A stretch of 64,000 nt of DNA from Balanoglossus misakiensis (taxonomy: Eukaryota > Animalia > Hemichordata), in assembly GCA_040954595.2 (NCBI GenBank), contig CM082597.2, positions 3,741,824 through 3,805,823 of the forward strand, in the 5' to 3' direction. Shown here piece by piece: positions 61,401-64,000 of this stretch. Numbering within the stretch: position 1 is the first letter of the stretch; each line of letters opens with the position of its first letter. The notes beneath the pieces are model-generated. The model saw nothing but the letters and a program-made list of their open reading frames with translations. It searched no databases and was not told the origin of the DNA. The position numbers were made by a program, and so were the translations under genes.

Positions 61401-64000
61401 CATGATGGTTAACCCATGAAAAATGTCGAAAAAGGCCGAAAATCTCGAAATCCGGCAACTCGAAAATTCGTGGTTTTTCGACAAAAACCATGATGGTTAA
61501 CCCATGAAAAATGTCGAAAAAGGCCGAAAATCTCGAAATCCGGCAACTCGAAAATTCGTGGTTTTTCGACAAAAACCATGATGGTTAACCCATGAAAAAT
61601 GTCGAAAAAGGCCGAAAATCTCGAAATCCGGCAACTCGAAAATTCGTGGTTTTTCGACAAAAACCATGATGGTTAACCCATGAAAAATGTCGAAAAAGGC
61701 CGAAAATCTCGAAATCCGGCAACTCGAAAATTCGTGGTTTTTCGACAAAAACCATGATGGTTAACCCATGAAAAATGTCGAAAAAGGCCGAAAATCTCGA
61801 AATCCGGCAACTCGAAAATTCGTGGTTTTTCGACAAAAACCATGATGGTTAACCCATGAAAAATGTCGAAAAAGGCCGAAAATCTCGAAATCCGGCAACT
61901 CGAAAATTCGTGGTTTTTCGACAAAAACCATGATGGTTAACCCATGAAAAATGTTGAAAAAGGCCGAAAATCTCGAAATCCGGCAACTCGAAAATTCGTG
62001 GTTTTTCGACAAAAACCATGATGGTTAACCCATGAAAAATGTCGAAAAAGGCCGAAAATCTCGAAATCCGGCAACTCGAAAATTCGTGGTTTTTCGACAA
62101 AAACCATGATGGTTAACCCATGAAAAATGTCGAAAAAGGCCGAAAATCTCGAAATCCGGCAACTCGAAAATTCGTGGTTTTTCGACAAAAACCATGATGG
62201 TTAACCCATGAAAAATGTCGAAAAAGGCCGAAAATCTCGAAATCCGGCAACTCGAAAATTCGTGGTTTTTCGACAAAAACCATGATGGTTAACCCATGAA
62301 AAATGTCGAAAAAGGCCGAAATCTCGAAATCCGGCAACTCGAAAATTCGTGGTTTTTCGACAAAAACCATGATGGTTAACCCATGAAAATGTCGAAAAAG
62401 GCCGAAAATCTCGAAATCCGGCAACTCGAAAATTCGTGGTTTTTCGACAAAAACCATGATGGTTAACCCATGAAAAATGTCGAAAAAGGCCGAAAATCTC
62501 GAAATCCGGCAACTCGAAAATTCGTGGTTTTTCGACAAAAACATGATGGTTAACCCATGAAAAATGTCGAAAAAGGCCGAAAATCTCGAAATCCGGCAAC
62601 TCGAAAATTCGTGGTTTTTCGACAAAAACCATGATGGTTAACCCATGAAAAATGTCGAAAAAGGCCGAAAATCTCGAAATCCGGCAACTCGAAAATTCGT
62701 GGTTTTTCGACAAAAACCATGATGGTTAACCCATGAAAAATGTCGAAAAAGGCCGAAAATCTCGAAATCCGGCAACTCGAAAATTCGTGGTTTTTCGACA
62801 AAAACCATGATGGTTAACCCATGAAAAATGTCGAAAAAGGCCGAAAATCTCGAAATCCGGCAACTCGAAAATTCGTGGTTTTTCGACAAAAACCATGATG
62901 GTTAACCCATGAAAAATGTCGAAAAAGGCCGAAAATCTCGAAATCCGGCAACTCGAAAATTCGTGGTTTTTCGACAAAAACCATGATGGTTAACCCATGA
63001 AAAATGTCGAAAAAGGCCGAAAATCTCGAAATCCGGCAACTCGAAAATTCGTGGTTTTTCGACAAAAACCATGATGGTTAACCCATGAAAAATGTCGAAA
63101 AAGGCCGAAAATCTCGAAATCCGGCAACTCGAAAATTCGTGGTTTTTCGACAAAAACCATGATGGTTAACCCATGAAAAATGTCGAAAAAGGCCGAAAAT
63201 CTCGAAATCCGGCAACTCGAAAATTCGTGGTTTTTCGACAAAAACCATGATGTTTAACCCATGAAAAATGTTTGAAAAAGGCCGAAAATCTCGAAATCCG
63301 GCAACTCGAAAATTCGTGGTTTTTCGACAAAAACCATGATGGTTAACCCCATGAAAAATGTCGAAAAAGGCCGAAAATCTCGAAATCCGGCAACTCGAAA
63401 ATTCGTGGTTTTTCGACAAAAACCATGATGGTTTAACCCATGAAAAATGTCGAAAAAGCCGAAAATCTCGAAATCCGGCAACTCGAAAATTCGTGGTTTT
63501 TCGACAAAAACCATGATGGTTAACCCATGAAAAATGTCGAAAACGGCCGAAAATCTCGAAATCCGGCAACTCGAAAATTCGTGGTTTTTCGACAAAAACC
63601 ATGATGGTTAACCCATGAAAAATGTCGAAAAAGGCCGAAAATCTCGAAATCCGGCAACTCGAAAATTCGTGGTTTTTCGACAAAAACCATGATGGTTAAC
63701 CCATGAAAAATGTCGAAAAAGGCCGAAAATCTCGAAATCCGGCAACTCGAAAATTCGTGGTTTTTCGACAAAAACAATGGTGGTTAACCCATGAAAAATG
63801 TCGAAAAAGGCCGAAAATCTCGAAATCCGGCAACTCGAAAATTCGTGGTTTTTCGACAAAAACCATGATGGTTAACCCATGAAAAATGTCGAAAAAGGCC
63901 GAAAATACTCTCAAGATGTGTATCTCTCGGAAAATTCGTGGTTTTTCGACAAAAACCATGATGGTTAACCCATGGAAAAATTTCGAAAAAGGCCGAAAAT
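49451..64000 (+). repeat. 88-bp tandem satellite array, ~165 copies, continuing past the window end
   Basis: Monomer ccatgaaaaatgtcgaaaaaggccgaaaatctcgaaatccggcaactcgaaaattcgtggtttttcgacaaaaaccatgatggttaac; the ORF track repeats every 88 nt. Confidence 0.99.

Noticed and set aside
63914-63923. Tn5 mosaic end (AGATGTGTAT)
   Set aside because: Only the first 10 nt match, and the flanks fit a PacBio barcode plus SMRTbell stem better.
49456-63959. More than 150 near-identical minus-strand ORFs (MSKNHEFSSCRISRF...)
   Set aside because: They are a by-product of the 88-bp period cycling through three frames, start at non-ATG codons, and have no coding signature.
49451-64000. CRISPR array or telomeric repeat
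   Set aside because: The monomers are head-to-tail with no unique spacers, there are no cas genes, the context is eukaryotic, and there are no TTAGGG-type units.
49451-64000. CENP-B box in the satellite
   Set aside because: TTCG is present, but the downstream A..CGGG core of the 17-bp box is absent.

Overview
Eukaryotic genomic DNA from an invertebrate animal (the intron style and repeat families suggest a marine bilaterian, possibly a deuterostome; this is not certain). I reconstructed six spliced genes by hand from GT-AG boundaries and reading-frame continuity. They are NDUFS2 (+, 8..6501, 11 exons), ZNHIT2 (-, 7346..11355), two tandem flavin-containing monooxygenases (-, 11888..14712 and 15582..19291), a death-domain/STAND NTPase (NB-ARC-like)/TPR protein (+, 20560..26909) and a nicotinic acetylcholine receptor alpha-type subunit (+, 30143..47778). 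From about 49.45 kb to the window end lies an array of roughly 165 copies of an 88-bp satellite. The main observations are: (1) ZNHIT2 has two duplicated 70-nt exons behind a U12-type (minor spliceosome) donor, each with a U12-like branch site and a U2 donor, which is a JNK-like layout that would force mutually exclusive splicing; (2) the STAND protein appears to carry a SAM domain inserted inside its NTPase module; (3) the satellite has an inverted, diverged edge, layered variants, phased A-tracts and dense dyad symmetry, which makes it a centromere candidate; (4) a probable PacBio barcoded-adapter remnant sits near the window end. No database searches were run; family calls come from recognised motifs.
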